63,604 bases of DNA, filler included, from Octopus bimaculoides (GCF_001194135.2; 6 parts of 5 records of this genome joined end to end with filler, not necessarily neighbours in it), one strand, 5' to 3'; positions 1 to 12,560 are shown, numbered from the whole stretch's first letter. Numbers and translations: made by a program. Notes: generated by a model from the sequence alone, not told the origin.

Positions 1-290
1 GAGCGAAAACACCTAAAGCTCCACGAGGCTCCGGCAGGGGATGGTGGCGAACCCTGCTGTACTCTTTCACCACAACTTTCTCTCACTCTTTCATCCTGTT
101 TCTGTTGTGCCTGTAATTCAAAGGGTCAGCCTTGTAACACTGTGTCACGCTGAATATCCCCGAGAACTACGTTAAGGGTGCACGTGTCTGTGGAGTGCTC
201 AGCCACTTGCACGTTAATTTCACGAGCAGGCTGTTCCGTTGATCGGAGCAACTGGAACCCTCGACGTCGTAAGCGAGTGCCAACAAACAA
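1..290 (+). mobile_element. SINE family A, 5' part outside the window
   Basis: Matches the body and 3' end of the full copy at 51228-51611. Confidence 0.85.
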
Positions 291-902
291 TTTACCATTC
301 ACACTCTTCTTCGCTGTCACACTCACACATGCACGCTTCTGTTTTGTCACTCTGTTACATATACACATACACGCATGCACACATGCACATAATGTGTGCA
401 CACACACACGCACACACACGTACACACACACACTCGCTCATAAACACATACATACACAACTTTTTCTCTCTTATTGTCTCTTTCACTTTGTCCAATATTC
501 ACTCCTTCCGTTTCTATCCTCCTTTTTACCTCCCTTTCTCTCCCTTGTACAAACTTATGCGCATGCGTGCAAATGCACACAGAGGTGAACACAGATGAGC
601 ACATCTCCACTCTCTCGAGCCAGTGAGAGAAGTTTTATATGATAGTTCGACCTCCTCAAAATAGCAGCCAAATTTCCCCTAAGTCACACCATACTATCTT
701 AAGACAAACGGTACATAGCATAATATAGTCCTACATAAACTATTTCAGTAAACAAAATGGTGTTATCATAGGTAGAAATTACAGGTTTGCTCAACTACAG
801 TTGACCTGTAACTGAATAACTGCTGTTTCCACTCTTCTCTATAGAAATATTATACAACAAAACATCACAATACAAAAGGACACTCAAACATGGTCTACCA
901 AC

Positions 903-996
903 CTTCATGAGGAAAGTGTATAAGGTTTTATCCGACGCTTTACTGCCTCTGGTTCCTGGAAATTCCCAATCCATATCCAAACCATCGAACTTGTAT
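903..996 (-). CDS. GH18 chitinase, coding exon 4 (catalytic motif)
   Basis: Acceptor ctattgcAG and donor AAG|GTTGGT, 94 nt, phase 2/0. Encodes (K)YKFDGLDMDWEFPGTRGSKASDKTLYTFLMK with an intact FDGLDxDWE catalytic motif. No further exon was found in 1-902, so the gene runs off the window. Confidence 0.96.
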
Positions 997-1905
997 CTGC
1001 AATAGATGCACCAACACATTAAAGTAACTGATGAAATAGAAAACTAATGAAATATAAACACAAGTGAAATAAACAAAAAATGCAAACAAAACACTAATAA
1101 AGCGTAAGTGTTAACGTAAAACACGAGTAAAACATATACAATCATTAAAAAGCAACATGCAAAGAAACATGCGACATAGCTGCAAATTTATAGAACTTCT
1201 CGAGCACAAGAACATGCCTGTTGCATCGAAATCGTCTGAAATAAGCATGGCCAATAAAGTAACAGTCTCATAAGAAGAACAAGCTGAAAAAAATGTATCG
1301 GTGAGGCCAGCATTTCATTCAAGGACATTTATACACATCACATCTACACATACTGGAATATAAAGAGAAAGAAATGTAAGTCCCTGCCTGAGCACATCTA
1401 GGAGTTAAAAACCTCTCACTGTAACTGGAATCAGAAAATGGGAAATATAATATTGAACACCCTTAACCATAGATAGTACTGAAATCTTAATCTTCTCCCA
1501 ATGCATCACAGAAACATACAGCGACACACGGGACACACACTAAACAAGAGAACAGAGAACATGTCAAGACGCAGACACAAAGCCAAAAATTAATCTCCAA
1601 GAAATAGTTTGAACTCCAAACAGGGCAAATCAACCGCCAATGCAAACAGCCCAACAGCACACACATGCACTCACACACATACAAGCAATTCTTGAAACAC
1701 AAAGACAAAAAATCCAAACAGTCATTCACAAAAAGCCACTCAGCTGTGAATCCTAAAGTCAGCTCCTATATAATACAATACAAAACATTCACAAAAGTCA
1801 ACATTTTCCAGAAACAAATAACCGGTTGATGAAACACATTCACAAATTATATATATTATGTGCGCATGCTTATATTCCAACATATATTCCAGCATATATG
1901 TTTAC

Positions 1906-1944
<39 letters not shown>

Positions 1945-2721
1945 TAGATAGATAGATAGATAGGTAGATATACACACATATATGTAGAATCGTGACACTG
2001 GAGCTATTTGAGTAAACAGTATCACATAAATAAGGGAGTAAGAAGTTGTGCATAAGATGTCTTAAAGCTATTTCTAGAATAGGTGTGCATATGGTGCATA
2101 TCTCAGCGAACGAACATTTCCATTTAAAAGCCGACTATACCATCTTCAGGGAGAAAGAAGTACATACATACATACATGCACACACACGCATATATATATA
2201 TATATATATATANNNNNNNNNNNNNNNNNNNNNNNNNNNNNNNNNNNNNNNNNNNNNNNNNNNNNNNNNNNNNNNNNNNNNNNNNNNNNNNNNNNNNNNN
2301 NNNNNNNNNNNNNNNNNNNNNNNNNNNNNNNNNNNNNNNNNNNNNNNNNNNNNNNNNNNNNNNNNNNNNNNNNNNNNNNNNNNNNNNNNNNNNNNNNNNN
2401 NNNNNNNNNNNNNNNNNNNNNNNNNNNNNNNNNNNNNNNNNNNNNNNNNNNNNNNNNNNNNNNNNNNNNNNNNNNNNNNNNNNNNNNNNNNNNNNNNNNN
2501 NNNNNNNNNNNNNNNNNNNNNNNNNNNNNNNNNNNNNNNNNNNNNNNNGAAAGTGATTGAGAGTGTGTGAGATCGTGACAAACCCTACTAAACACATTCT
2601 TTGGTTTAGTGCTGAAGAATTGCTCAAATATTTTAGGGGTTTGATGCTGGGTTCTTTATAAAATTAAAAATTACAGAAAAAAAAAAAAGAGAAGTAAAAG
2701 AATAAGAAACAGTCCTCTCAC

Positions 2722-2884
2722 TTCCGAAGATATGTAATAACGTTTTTCACCCAAATTCTAATATTTTCTTTGTTCTTCACCACTGGCAAAAATGGTTTGG
2801 AACCAATTTTCCAGCCTCCTACTGCCATCAATATCTTTAGCTTCGGGTTGACCGTTTTCAGCGCCATCGTTCTTTTATACAGGC
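2722..2884 (-). CDS. GH18 chitinase, coding exon 3
   Basis: Acceptor caatttcAG and donor AA|GTGAGA, 163 nt, phase 1/2. Encodes GLYKRTMALKTVNPKLKILMAVGGWKIGSKPFLPVVKNKENIRIWVKNVITYLR, containing the LK..NP.LK.L.AVGGW motif. Confidence 0.95.
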
Positions 2885-2934
2885 CTGAAATTGAAGACGA
2901 AAAAAAAGGTAATAATAATAATAATAATAATAAT

Positions 2935-3130
2935 ACTTTCTACTAAGTATTTCAGTCACGAGACCCGAAATTTTGTAGGGGATAGGGCTACTCGATTATA
3001 TCAACCCCTGTGCTTGAAGATGATAAAAGGCAAAATTAACCTTGGTAGAATTTGAACTCAGAACGTAAAGACGGACGAAATGCTGCTAAGCCTTTTGTCC
3101 AGCATGCTAACGATTCTGTCAGCTCGCCGT
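2935..3130 (-). mobile_element. SINE family C (tRNA-derived, about 210 bp)
   Basis: Head GAGCTGGCAGAATCGTTAGCA, B box GAGTTCAAATTC. Other approximate copies: 3895-4420(-, split by the 4006 insertion), 10610-10715(-), 15920-16100(-), 20200-20345(-), 25560-25697(-), 26275-26410(-), 30345-30505(-), 42412-42600(-), 45278-45420(+), 46395-46612(+). Confidence 0.8.
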
Positions 3131-3139
3131 CTTAATCCC

Positions 3140-3232
3140 CTGAAATTTGAAATTGCAAGAACTTGGAATATGAAACCCGTAAAGGTCGTTCCTATAATGA
3201 TTGGTGCATTGGGAACTGTAAGTAAAGATAAA
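3140..3232 (+). mobile_element. REL LINE fragment in chitinase intron 2 (antisense to the gene)
   Basis: Encodes EIARTWNMKPVKVVPIMIGALGTVSKD, followed by poly(A). Confidence 0.65.
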
Positions 3233-3236
3233 GAAA

Positions 3237-3269
<33 letters not shown>

Positions 3270-3293
3270 AAAAATCAACAATTGTGTTCTTAC

Positions 3294-3482
3294 CATCAGG
3301 GCCTAGATCATTCCAGTTATTGGGTTTCAGATCCTTCCCATCCTTAGTGATGTCAACAAAGGCAAATATAAGATGAGAGCAAAGGAAGGGGTCAATGTAT
3401 TCAGGCCAAAATTTCCCGACGTCAGGACGAGCATTGGCCGAGCTACTGTAATAACAAAAGATATTCTTTCCACTGGCTTCAA
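3294..3482 (-). CDS. GH18 chitinase, coding exon 2
   Basis: Acceptor tcgttacAG and donor G|GTAAGA, 189 nt, phase 1/1. Encodes EASGKNIFCYYSSSANARPDVGKFWPEYIDPFLCSHLIFAFVDITKDGKDLKPNNWNDLGPD, the GH18 N-terminal pattern CYY...GKF.PE.IDPFLC.HL..AF...WND. Confidence 0.93.
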
Positions 3483-4005
3483 CTGTAACGACAGATAAAC
3501 AGACAGAATAACAGTTGCAACAAACAGCATCGTGTAAATACTTAGCAATTCAGTGTTACATTAAAACTTAACGTTTTCCCTTTTTTCTTACCTTAATCTT
3601 TTTCTTTTCTTTTTCTCTCCATTACTTATTCTTGGAACATATTAGATCAGTGATACTCCAAAGATTTAAACTTATCTAACTAGCGAACTCTATTACAGGG
3701 CTATGCAAAAGGTAGTCCACTGTGGTATTCTCTGTGTGGGCTTCAGACCTTTTCTGAAAGTTTTTCACTTTTAATGTATTGTAATTTGCTGATGTATAAG
3801 ACGCATGTTTGCATTAGACGCATCCATACTTTATTAATATATTTTGCGAAAAAACAAACAAAAAAATAAAATTTATTAAGTGTCATCACACACTTGTTGG
3901 TTTCACCTTTCGGCACAAGACCAGCAATTCCAGGGGAGGGGTAAGTCGATTACAAGGACCCCAGTGTTCAACTGGTACTTATTTTTATCAACCCGCAAAG
4001 AATGA

Positions 4006-4306
4006 GGCGCAACGGCCCAGTGGTTACGGGAGCGGACTCGTGTCGTAGGATCGCGGTTTCGATTCCCAGATCGGACGTTGTGTGTGTTTATTGAGCGAAA
4101 ACATCTAAAGCTCCATGAGGCTCCGGCAGGGGGTGGTGGTGACCCCTGTTGTACTCTTTCACCCCAACTTTCTCTCACTCTTTCTTCCTGTTTCTTGAGA
4201 AACGCTGCGATGGACTGGCGTACCGTCCAGCTGGGGGGGAACACATACGCCGTAGAAACCGGGAAACCGGGCCCATGAGCCTGGCTAGGCTTGAAAAGGG
4301 CGCGAA
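4006..4306 (+). mobile_element. SINE with a family-A head and a different 3' module, nested in a family-C SINE
   Basis: Pol III A/B boxes. The first about 190 nt match family A, then the sequence diverges (CTGCGATGGACTGGCG...GAAACCGGGAAACCGGGCCCATGAG). 10-bp TSD CAAAGAATGA at 3996-4005 and 4307-4316. Confidence 0.85.
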
Positions 4307-5231
4307 CAAAGAATGAAAGGCAAAGTCGATCTCGGTGGAATTTTCACGCAGAACGTAGACAGTCGAAACACCGGTAAGCATTTTGCCCGGCGTGCTATCG
4401 ATTCTACCAATCTAGCCGTCTCACATCAGAAACTTATTGAAAGATATTTTAAAGTGCTTTTAAGAGGAAAATGTACGATTCTGTCCTTGTAAATACAATG
4501 CTATGACAGTAAACGGGAATAAAGTATGAAACCATAAATTTGTCATATATAAACTACGTTGTACGAATACCTTGTTTCAACTTCATCGTCTTTGAGATCA
4601 TCTGTATAGTTGTTCATATTTTGGCCAAGATAATTACCATACAGGATGCAAAACTTGCATTTCTGGCTGTAATGCTTTGGGTTTCGGCGATCGGCCACCA
4701 GAGTTTTGTACCACCGCTCTGGTATTGTTGTCATCTACTTATGGTTAATAACAAACAGGTGGATGAAAATTTAACGTTCCTTTCATCTTTCTAGGAGAAT
4801 TTTCATTTAGTTAATTAGAAAAATGTTTCTTAAAGGTAACACAATTATTAAATAATGTAAAGACATTGTTTACTTGAAACTTGGCTGCTATTTAAAGCTG
4901 TACGGGTGACCATGTAGAAGTCCTTTCATTGGTTCGTCTGGCACTGAGTGGATACTACGATACTACAGGAAAATTCGTTGTTGTAAGCGATGGGAGCAAT
5001 TTTAGGTTGGCCATTATTTCATTGACTTTCCCCTCCGAGTATAACTGACTTTCATCTCTGTGTGCTATTTCTCCGTTAGGAAGAGTTACCACTTACAAAC
5101 CACCGCACTTCTCTAATCAATGCATCAGGTTTATCTCTTATTCTTTTAATACGCATGGAGAACAACTGAAGATATAGATAGTGGTACTATGGAGATTTGA
5201 TATTTTAGAAAAGAGAAGATAATTAAGGATA

Positions 5232-5723
5232 TTACTCATTTACTCTTTTATTTGTTTCAGTTTTTTTATTGCGGCCATGTTGGAGCATCGACTATAAGCG
5301 AACAAAGCGACCCTCGGACTATTCTTTGTATGCTTCGACCTTATTCTAACCATCCCTTTTGCTGAACCGCTAAGTTATGGGGGCGTAAACACACCAGCAA
5401 GCGATGGTGGGGGACAAACACACACACACACACACACACACACANNNNNNNNNNNNNNNNNNNNNNNNNNNNNNNNNNNNNNNNNNNNNNNNNNNNNNNN
5501 NNNNNNNNNNNNNNNNNNNNNNNNNNNNNNNNNNNNNNNNNNNNNNNNNNNNNNNNNNNNNNNNNNNNNNNNNNNNNNNNNNNNNNNNNNNNNNNNNNNN
5601 NNNNNNNNNNNNNNNNNNNNNNNNNNNNNNNNNNNNNNNNNNNNNNNNNNNNNNNNNNNNNNNNNNNNNNNNNNNNNNNNNNNNNNNNNNNNNNNNNNNN
5701 NNNNNNNNNNNNNNNNNNNNNNN

Positions 5724-5774
<51 letters not shown>

Positions 5775-5927
5775 CGAGGGGCTTTTTTCAGTTTCCGTCT
5801 ACCAAATTCACTCACAAGGCTTTGGTCAGTCCGAGACTATAGTAGAAGACACTTGCCCAAGGTGTTACGCAGTAGTACTGAACCCCGAACCATGTGGTTG
5901 GTAAGCAAGCTACTTATCACTCCTGCG
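5232..5927 (-). mobile_element. SINE family B (internal CA/TA microsatellite; gap inside)
   Basis: Matches the copies at 6455, 7712 and 25081. Confidence 0.8.
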
Positions 5928-6033
5928 TTACTCCATAGTGTATGAGATTCGTAATGTTCGAAACCTCTTATCCTTAATATGACAAATAAATAGATATTGT
6001 AGATATTCAAAAAGCAATATATTAGACACTTAC

Positions 6034-6088
6034 CTTCAACGTTAAATACAAACTGGAGCATCATGAGAAACAAGGCGTACTGCAACAT
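6034..6088 (-). CDS. GH18 chitinase, coding exon 1 (signal peptide)
   Basis: Acceptor ttactattgcAG, then CC-ATG. Encodes MLQYALFLMMLQFVFNVE plus 1 nt, then a G|GTAAGT donor. Phase 1 matches the next exon, giving ...NVE-V-EASGK. The peptide is hydrophobic and signal-like. Confidence 0.75.
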
Positions 6089-6454
6089 GGCTGCAATAGT
6101 AAGGAGTAATTGGTTACACATACATGTGTAGATATGTAAGTATATATGTGAATGTATATACATATGCATACATACATACATACACGCAGTAAAGTAGATT
6201 ATGTATCTGTCTATATGAATTGGACTTTGCAGACAGACAGACAGACAGACAGACACACACATACATACGCACACACACATCACGCATACACACAATCCAT
6301 TACATAGCTTTGAGGAGATACTGACCTATTGAAACACTTGTGCAATTGTAAGTTGTATATAGACATGTGCGTGTGTGTATGTTTGTGTAAGAGAGAGAGA
6401 GAGGGGGGGGAGAAGTGGGAAAGAGAACGAAAAAGTGCGAGATTCTGTAACATT

Positions 6455-6871
6455 CTTACTCTTTTACTCTTTTACTTGTTTCAGTCTTTTTGACTATGGC
6501 CATGCTGGAGCACCGCCTTTTAGTCGAGCAAATCGACCCCAGGACTTATTCTTTAGAAGCCTAGTACTTATTCTATCAATCTCTTTTGCCGAACCGCTAA
6601 GTTACGGGGACATAAACACACCAGCATCGGTTGTCAAGCGATGTTGGGGGGACAAACACACACATACAAACATACACACACACATACATATATATATATA
6701 CATATATACGACGGGCTTCTTCCAGTTTCCGTCTACCAAATCCACTCACAAGGCTTTGGTCGGCCCGAGGCTATAGTAGAAGACACTTGCCCAAGATGCC
6801 GCGCAGTGGGACTGAACCCGGGACCATGTGGTTGGTAAGCTAGCTACTTACCACACAGCCACTCCTACGCT
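6455..6871 (-). mobile_element. SINE family B, full length
   Basis: On the minus strand: head GCGTAGGAGTGGCTGTGTGGTAAG...GGGTTCAGTCCC, core GGGCAAGTGTCTTCTACTATAGCC, internal microsatellite, (AAAAGAGT)n tail. Confidence 0.85.
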
Positions 6872-7596
6872 TGCCTAAAATTAAACTACATTATAAATTA
6901 AACTACATTATAATCCTAGAGTTGATACAGGAAAAATCAACAGAGCCATTGACTGGACTAGAACCGTATATCTATCGCTTCTGCGGTGCATGTGAATTAA
7001 CCAATTACGCCACAGAGCGGATATCATTCTCTCTTCTAGCTACTTAAACTTCCCTGCTATTTTATTTCTACAAAAAATTTCTAAAGCCACTTAGCGCGTA
7101 TCAAGGTACATCAATCCAGCAGTTACAAAGTATTTTTGTCACGGACCCTTATGTGACATTTTTTCTATAAATCACGAACCCAAACCTACATTTTACGGAT
7201 AATCCCAACCACCGAAATTTTCATAGGACATGAGGGAGATTAAGAAATTGTTCCAGCAGCGGCTAGCGGGAATGCGATATCAATCAATGTTTTATTCACT
7301 GTTTTCTATATCAAAGGCAACAAATCTCGCTTAGCTATGTGGCTGGCTACCTGTGGGTATACATCACTGATTAAGCTCAATTAGGCTGAAATGCACCCGA
7401 CGTTCTCGCTATCCGCTGCTGGGACGATTTTTCGTCTGCTTCTGATATATATTACGTTTCTTAAATACTACAGGTCCATAAGAGATGTTATTTTGAACAA
7501 ATACGGCGGTAATTTGCCTTTCAACGATGTATAAACATAAAATATGATACATAGACGGCTATTTTAATTTTATACTACTTCAGTTGCATATACCTG

Positions 7597-7648
<52 letters not shown>

Positions 7649-7711
7649 GTCTGTCTGTCTGTCTGTCTATCCGTACATACGTATTATATATTGTATATAT
7701 TATATGTACAT

Positions 7712-8122
7712 AGGTGCAGAAGTGGCTATGTGGAAAGAAACTTGCTTCCTAATCTCATGGTTCCGGGTTCAGCCCCACTGCGTGGCGCCTTGGGCAAATG
7801 TCATCTACTGTAACCTCAGGACGACCAAAAGCTTGTAAGTGGATTTGGTAGACGGAAGCTGAAAGAAGCCCGTCTTATATACATGTATACATATGTGTAC
7901 ATATCTATGTATGTGCATCTTTGTGTCTGTTCGTTCCTCCACCACTGCTTGACAACCGGCGTTGGTGTGTTTACGTCCCAGTAACTTAGTAGTTCGGCAA
8001 GAGTGACCGATAGAATAAGTATTAGGCTTAAAAAGTACTGGGGTCGATTGATTCTACTAAAATTTTTCAAGGCCGTGCTTCAGCATGACCGCAATCTAAT
8101 GATTAAAACAAGAAACAGAAAG
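7712..8122 (+). mobile_element. SINE family B
   Basis: Same head, core and 3' half as 6455-6871, in the opposite orientation. Confidence 0.82.
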
Positions 8123-8147
8123 TATACAATGAACTTCACTAGCTTAC

Positions 8148-8287
8148 AGTTGTTTCTGCAATATGACACAGTGCAGTCAGAACTGTGTACTTGTTCATCT
8201 GCTTCACCTTATGACTTTCTTGGAAGGTCTAAGATAGCTAGAAGGTGATAGACAAGCACTCATCTCTTAGTTCACTGCACCTTGTAG
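8148..8287 (-). other. Possible non-coding 5' exon of the chitinase gene
   Basis: Coding exon 1 begins at an acceptor 2 nt before the ATG, so an upstream exon must exist. This unique segment has ggctgtttcAG and CT|GTAAGC signals. No transcript evidence. Confidence 0.3.
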
Positions 8288-8358
8288 CTGAAACAGCCGT
8301 AAGCTAATGAAGTTGATTGCATAATTTACTGTTAGTTGGTCATATATCTAATCTCATG

Positions 8359-8413
<55 letters not shown>

Positions 8414-10183
8414 TAGAATGTGGCACAAGAAGACGACGATGGATTAGAGACAAAATATGAAGAAACACACAAAGGACGCGAGCACACTCATCCCTCATCA
8501 GTTATCGACCAAAAAAATCATCACAATTTCGATGGCTAATTAATAATAATGTTTAATTTAGGGGTGTCAACAGCAAAAGCTGCTGGAGTATTGGAATATA
8601 AATGAGTGAACATGAAAAACAGAACGAGATGAGAATAAACGAAAGAAAAAAGCAAAACAAAGGAAAAAGACGTGATGTCTAGATAAAGCGGTGAAAAGGA
8701 CGAGTGATAAAGAGAACGAAAAATATATGAAAAGAGAAAGCAAGGACGCTAACGAAAAGTTACTATATAATAAACGATACAAGTATTTGTATACATCATA
8801 ACACACACACACACACACACACACACATTCATGCATGCATGCAAACATACACATATGTACGTATACATACATAAATACATGCATACACACATAAAATAAA
8901 AATAACTTTTCATTTATAAAAGGTCTGATTACCTGATGAGTTTTGTGAGACAGAAATGAGTCCTGAATACCTCAAATCGCTTTCTTATACTGTCAAGTTT
9001 CCCCCCACTTCTTTATCTTGGCCTTCCTTGTGTTACTTTCTTTCCTTCTTAAAGTTTTTTCTTCTTTTTATATTCTTGTTTCTCTTTACTTTAAATATTT
9101 CTTTCTTTTGCAATGAATTCCTTTTTCCTGTGAATATATTCCGTTGGAAACGTTATTTGATCATGGATGTGTAAAATATTTCAGAAGAATCTACAAACAT
9201 TTGGAATTCTTGATGTTTTAGATACCCAACTGGAAAGAGTTGGTGGAGATAGCTTTTCAACATTTAGTTTATTAAAATGATTAAGTACTTCATCAATTTG
9301 ATCCACATAATTTTAAAAAATAAATGACAATGGCAAAGAAAAATTCTTATCAAATTAGAGTTGTGTACATATCCAAATGGAAGAGGTGAGATAGCAATTC
9401 GGCATTAATTTGCAGACGATAGATGGACATCTCTGAAATACAAAATTAGATAAATTCTTTGGGATAAATACAGTTCTTATGAATATATGTATATATAGTC
9501 TGATGGAGTTCCTTAAATGATTTTTCTAGACCTGTGTCATAAAGTAACACAGTGAAAGTGTAACAAAATACTCTCGTTGTCTATATTATCCTGATGGATG
9601 GTCATTTATGAAGTATGTCCTAAAAGAACAATTAGAAACAAATGAAATTCTCACCTTTTTCATATCTTAAAGAAGAGTTGTTAGTAAATGTCCTGTACTC
9701 CAAAGCTTAAGATAAACATTTGGTAAGAACAATGGAAAAGAGTCCGAGGAAATGACAATCGTGTGGTTATGTATATCCAAGTTAAAGACAGATATTCAAC
9801 ATCTGAGGTAGAGGTGTTGGTTAGATAAAGTGAATCATAAAGCTCAATGTATCATTTGTTTGTTTAATTTTCTTTTTAAGGAAGATTCTGTCCGTCAGAC
9901 TTACGAAATTCTTTGTCAGATATATATATCCGGTGAAGATGACAGAAAATGAGCAGTGAATACCAGGCTGAGGCGTTGACGAGATCTCCTAGGTTTCTAG
10001 GTCGTAGTTTAGCGATAACTGGCTGTATCGCGAACCGATTGTTCCAACCGAAGACAGGATGAGATTTTCATCATTCGTTTTTAGCAATGTCCAACTTGGG
10101 TCAGTATTATAACAGCCAGAGCACGAATTGTAAACGTCACGATGGGGGGAATCAGCACGGGCGCAAATATTTGTAACGGTAGT

Positions 10184-10222
<39 letters not shown>

Positions 10223-10526
10223 GGAAAAGAGAAGGTTGGTTAAAGGGCGAGAAAAAGAGAGAAATAGAGAGAGGGTAAGGGTGAAAAAGAGCAAGAGAGA
10301 AAGAGTGGGTGAAGAGAAATTGAGTGAGAGAAAGAAAGGAAGGGGAGAGAAAAAATAAAGAAAAAGAGGGACAAGAATGTTGTGCAGGGGAAAGTGTGTT
10401 ACAGAGAACGAGAGAAATAAAGAGGAGTATGAAGTTCAAAGCAAAATTGGTGAAAGAGGGAGAGAGTACGAGAGAGAGGGAGAGATAGAGAGAGAGTGAC
10501 AGAGAAAGATGAAGAGGGAGGAAGTG

Positions 10527-10562
<36 letters not shown>

Positions 10563-11229
10563 GTGGGGGTGGGTAGATTAGAGAGATGAAGAGTAAAGAA
10601 GAATCGAAAGGATAAAAGACAAAGTTGACCGCGGCGATATTAGAACTCAGAACGTAAAGAGCTGGAAGAAATGTCGCTAATGATTATGTCCGGCGCGTCA
10701 GCGATTCTGCCAGCTAAGAAAAAAAATAGAGGCTATGAAATAAAAGGAAAAGGACGAGAAAGGGAAGAAGAAGAAAATAATAGCAAAGTGAAGAAGGAAA
10801 AAAGATATATTATAATTAGTTTTACTATATTAATAAATATATTTTCGTTCAAATATTTTGGATATTAGCGAACCAGTGTATTTTTAGAATCATCAGAGCA
10901 TGGGGATTCAATGTTGGCTGTTGTACAAACTCATCTACGGCTGCCATGTTGGATTTGCAAAATAGCCACCATAAAATACATATTTTGCTTTATTTTGGCT
11001 TCTAGTCAATCTTGAAACTTAAATATTCTAATCTTAAGTGTTTAAGGTCAACGAACTTAATTAAGGCCTCAAAACAATGCTCATGATTATAGAATCGCAA
11101 CAGACGAAGGTAGCTGAAAACCATTGCCTTTATATTTGTAATATAGCTGTACTATTTAACATCTGTTGCAAGTCCTTTGAAATTATAGCCATATGTTTAT
11201 AAAGCAAGAAAGCAGCCTTGTTAGTCAAC

Positions 11230-12560
11230 AGGTTGAACTATAAGTTTTATATGCAGGATATACTAAGTCGATATCATTTAGGAATATATTTTTACAGATC
11301 TTCATAATTAAGTGATATTTCATATGATAAAAGCATCCCATAGATATGCTTTTAAGATATGTGCCTTTCACAATCTCGTATTTGTTTCTTCATTGTTTTC
11401 TGTTTCAACGTAAAATGAGTCAACTAACGTAATCGAAATATGCCGTCAACACCTGGAGACCGTCAGTGTTGGCCAAAATTAGTAACTGTGATCATTGTCC
11501 CAGGTTTCTTTGCCATCTATTAGACAAACACCATTTCATCTACAACTGCAAGTTTTGAACTTTCAGAGGGCTGACGATGTTTCTTATTTTACAGATGCTT
11601 GTACATTCTGAAAAGTTTCATTGTTTTTTTTTCCTAGGCAACGTATGAGGCTTGATTCGTTAGCACATGGAAGAATTGACAACCAATGCTTCAGGTGGAA
11701 CCAGTGTAAACTCGCCGTTCCCGAACGTATTCTCCTGATCGATGTCTCAGTTTGATCTGATTAACTATAAGCCAATTATAAAATTCTTTTGTTTCTTTCA
11801 GACTCACAGATCGACACTGATCTTGTCTGTTTGTTACTGTTTCTCCTGGGTAGAATATGGCATTGTTCTGCTTTATGAATGATGTCAACAAACTAACATT
11901 ATCACTGATACATTCGAAAAAGTACTCTTCATACAGAAAGTGGCCAGAAAGAGTACGAAAACGTGTTCTTCTTGTCCACTTTTGTGGACATTTTCTTGAA
12001 TAACATAAGCGCGAGTCGTTCAATTGTAAAGCCGATTACCTTTTACAACAAAGGAATTTCCGTGACTCAGTCTGGCTACTTTGATCTTGCTGACGGCATC
12101 TTACTCTTTCTTGATTACCTGATTGTCCTTTATGGTGTTCTTGTGGTTTATGAACAGTGATGACAAATTAATCTTAGATCTCCGTGAGAAGCGTGACATC
12201 TCTGATATGGCCATCAAATACCGCTGTCGCGCGTAGGCATTAGAAGATATAGAATTAACCCAGAGTGTATCTTCATGATCCTGCTTAATTGTTCTCGTAC
12301 GTAGCCTGTACTGATGTGTCATGGAAAATGCTTATTTACCAAGCCTGAATCTTCATCGTCCTATTTAGTTGTTCACATGCGTGTTCTGCTCCAATAGAGA
12401 GAGAGAAAGTTTCTCATTTTATCGTGGCAGATATTTTCCCATCCTAATGTTCACACCAAGTTTTCGAAACACTTTTCAACTTCGGAAATACGAGTAGATA
12501 TCTTGTCTTTGGAAACACAGAATAAACATCGAATGAAAAGTTTAGAAGAGTTTTATCAAT
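11230..12560 (-). mobile_element. Degenerate Academ-like DNA transposase relic
   Basis: Ordered motifs IGAEHACEQLNRTMK (12395-12351; cf. D/EHA.EQ.N...K), NAYARQRYLMAISEMSRFS (about 12241-12187) and NEETNTRL (11395-11371; cf. HEEADTR). The Academ assignment is from memory of these motifs. Confidence 0.55.

Noticed and set aside
4543-4734. 63-aa minus-strand ORF in chitinase intron 1 as an extra exon
   Set aside because: No acceptor/donor pair gives an open phase-1/phase-1 exon, and exons 1 and 2 already join in frame.
6944-7018. tRNA-like sequence on the minus strand (TGGCGTAATTGG ... GGTTCTAGTCC)
   Set aside because: Only box-like motifs are present, with no acceptor or anticodon stem. At most a decayed tRNA-derived relic; no functional tRNA gene is supported in the window.
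9150-9850. Possible degenerate retroelement RT on the minus strand
   Set aside because: Only faint motif echoes; no consistent frame could be reconstructed.
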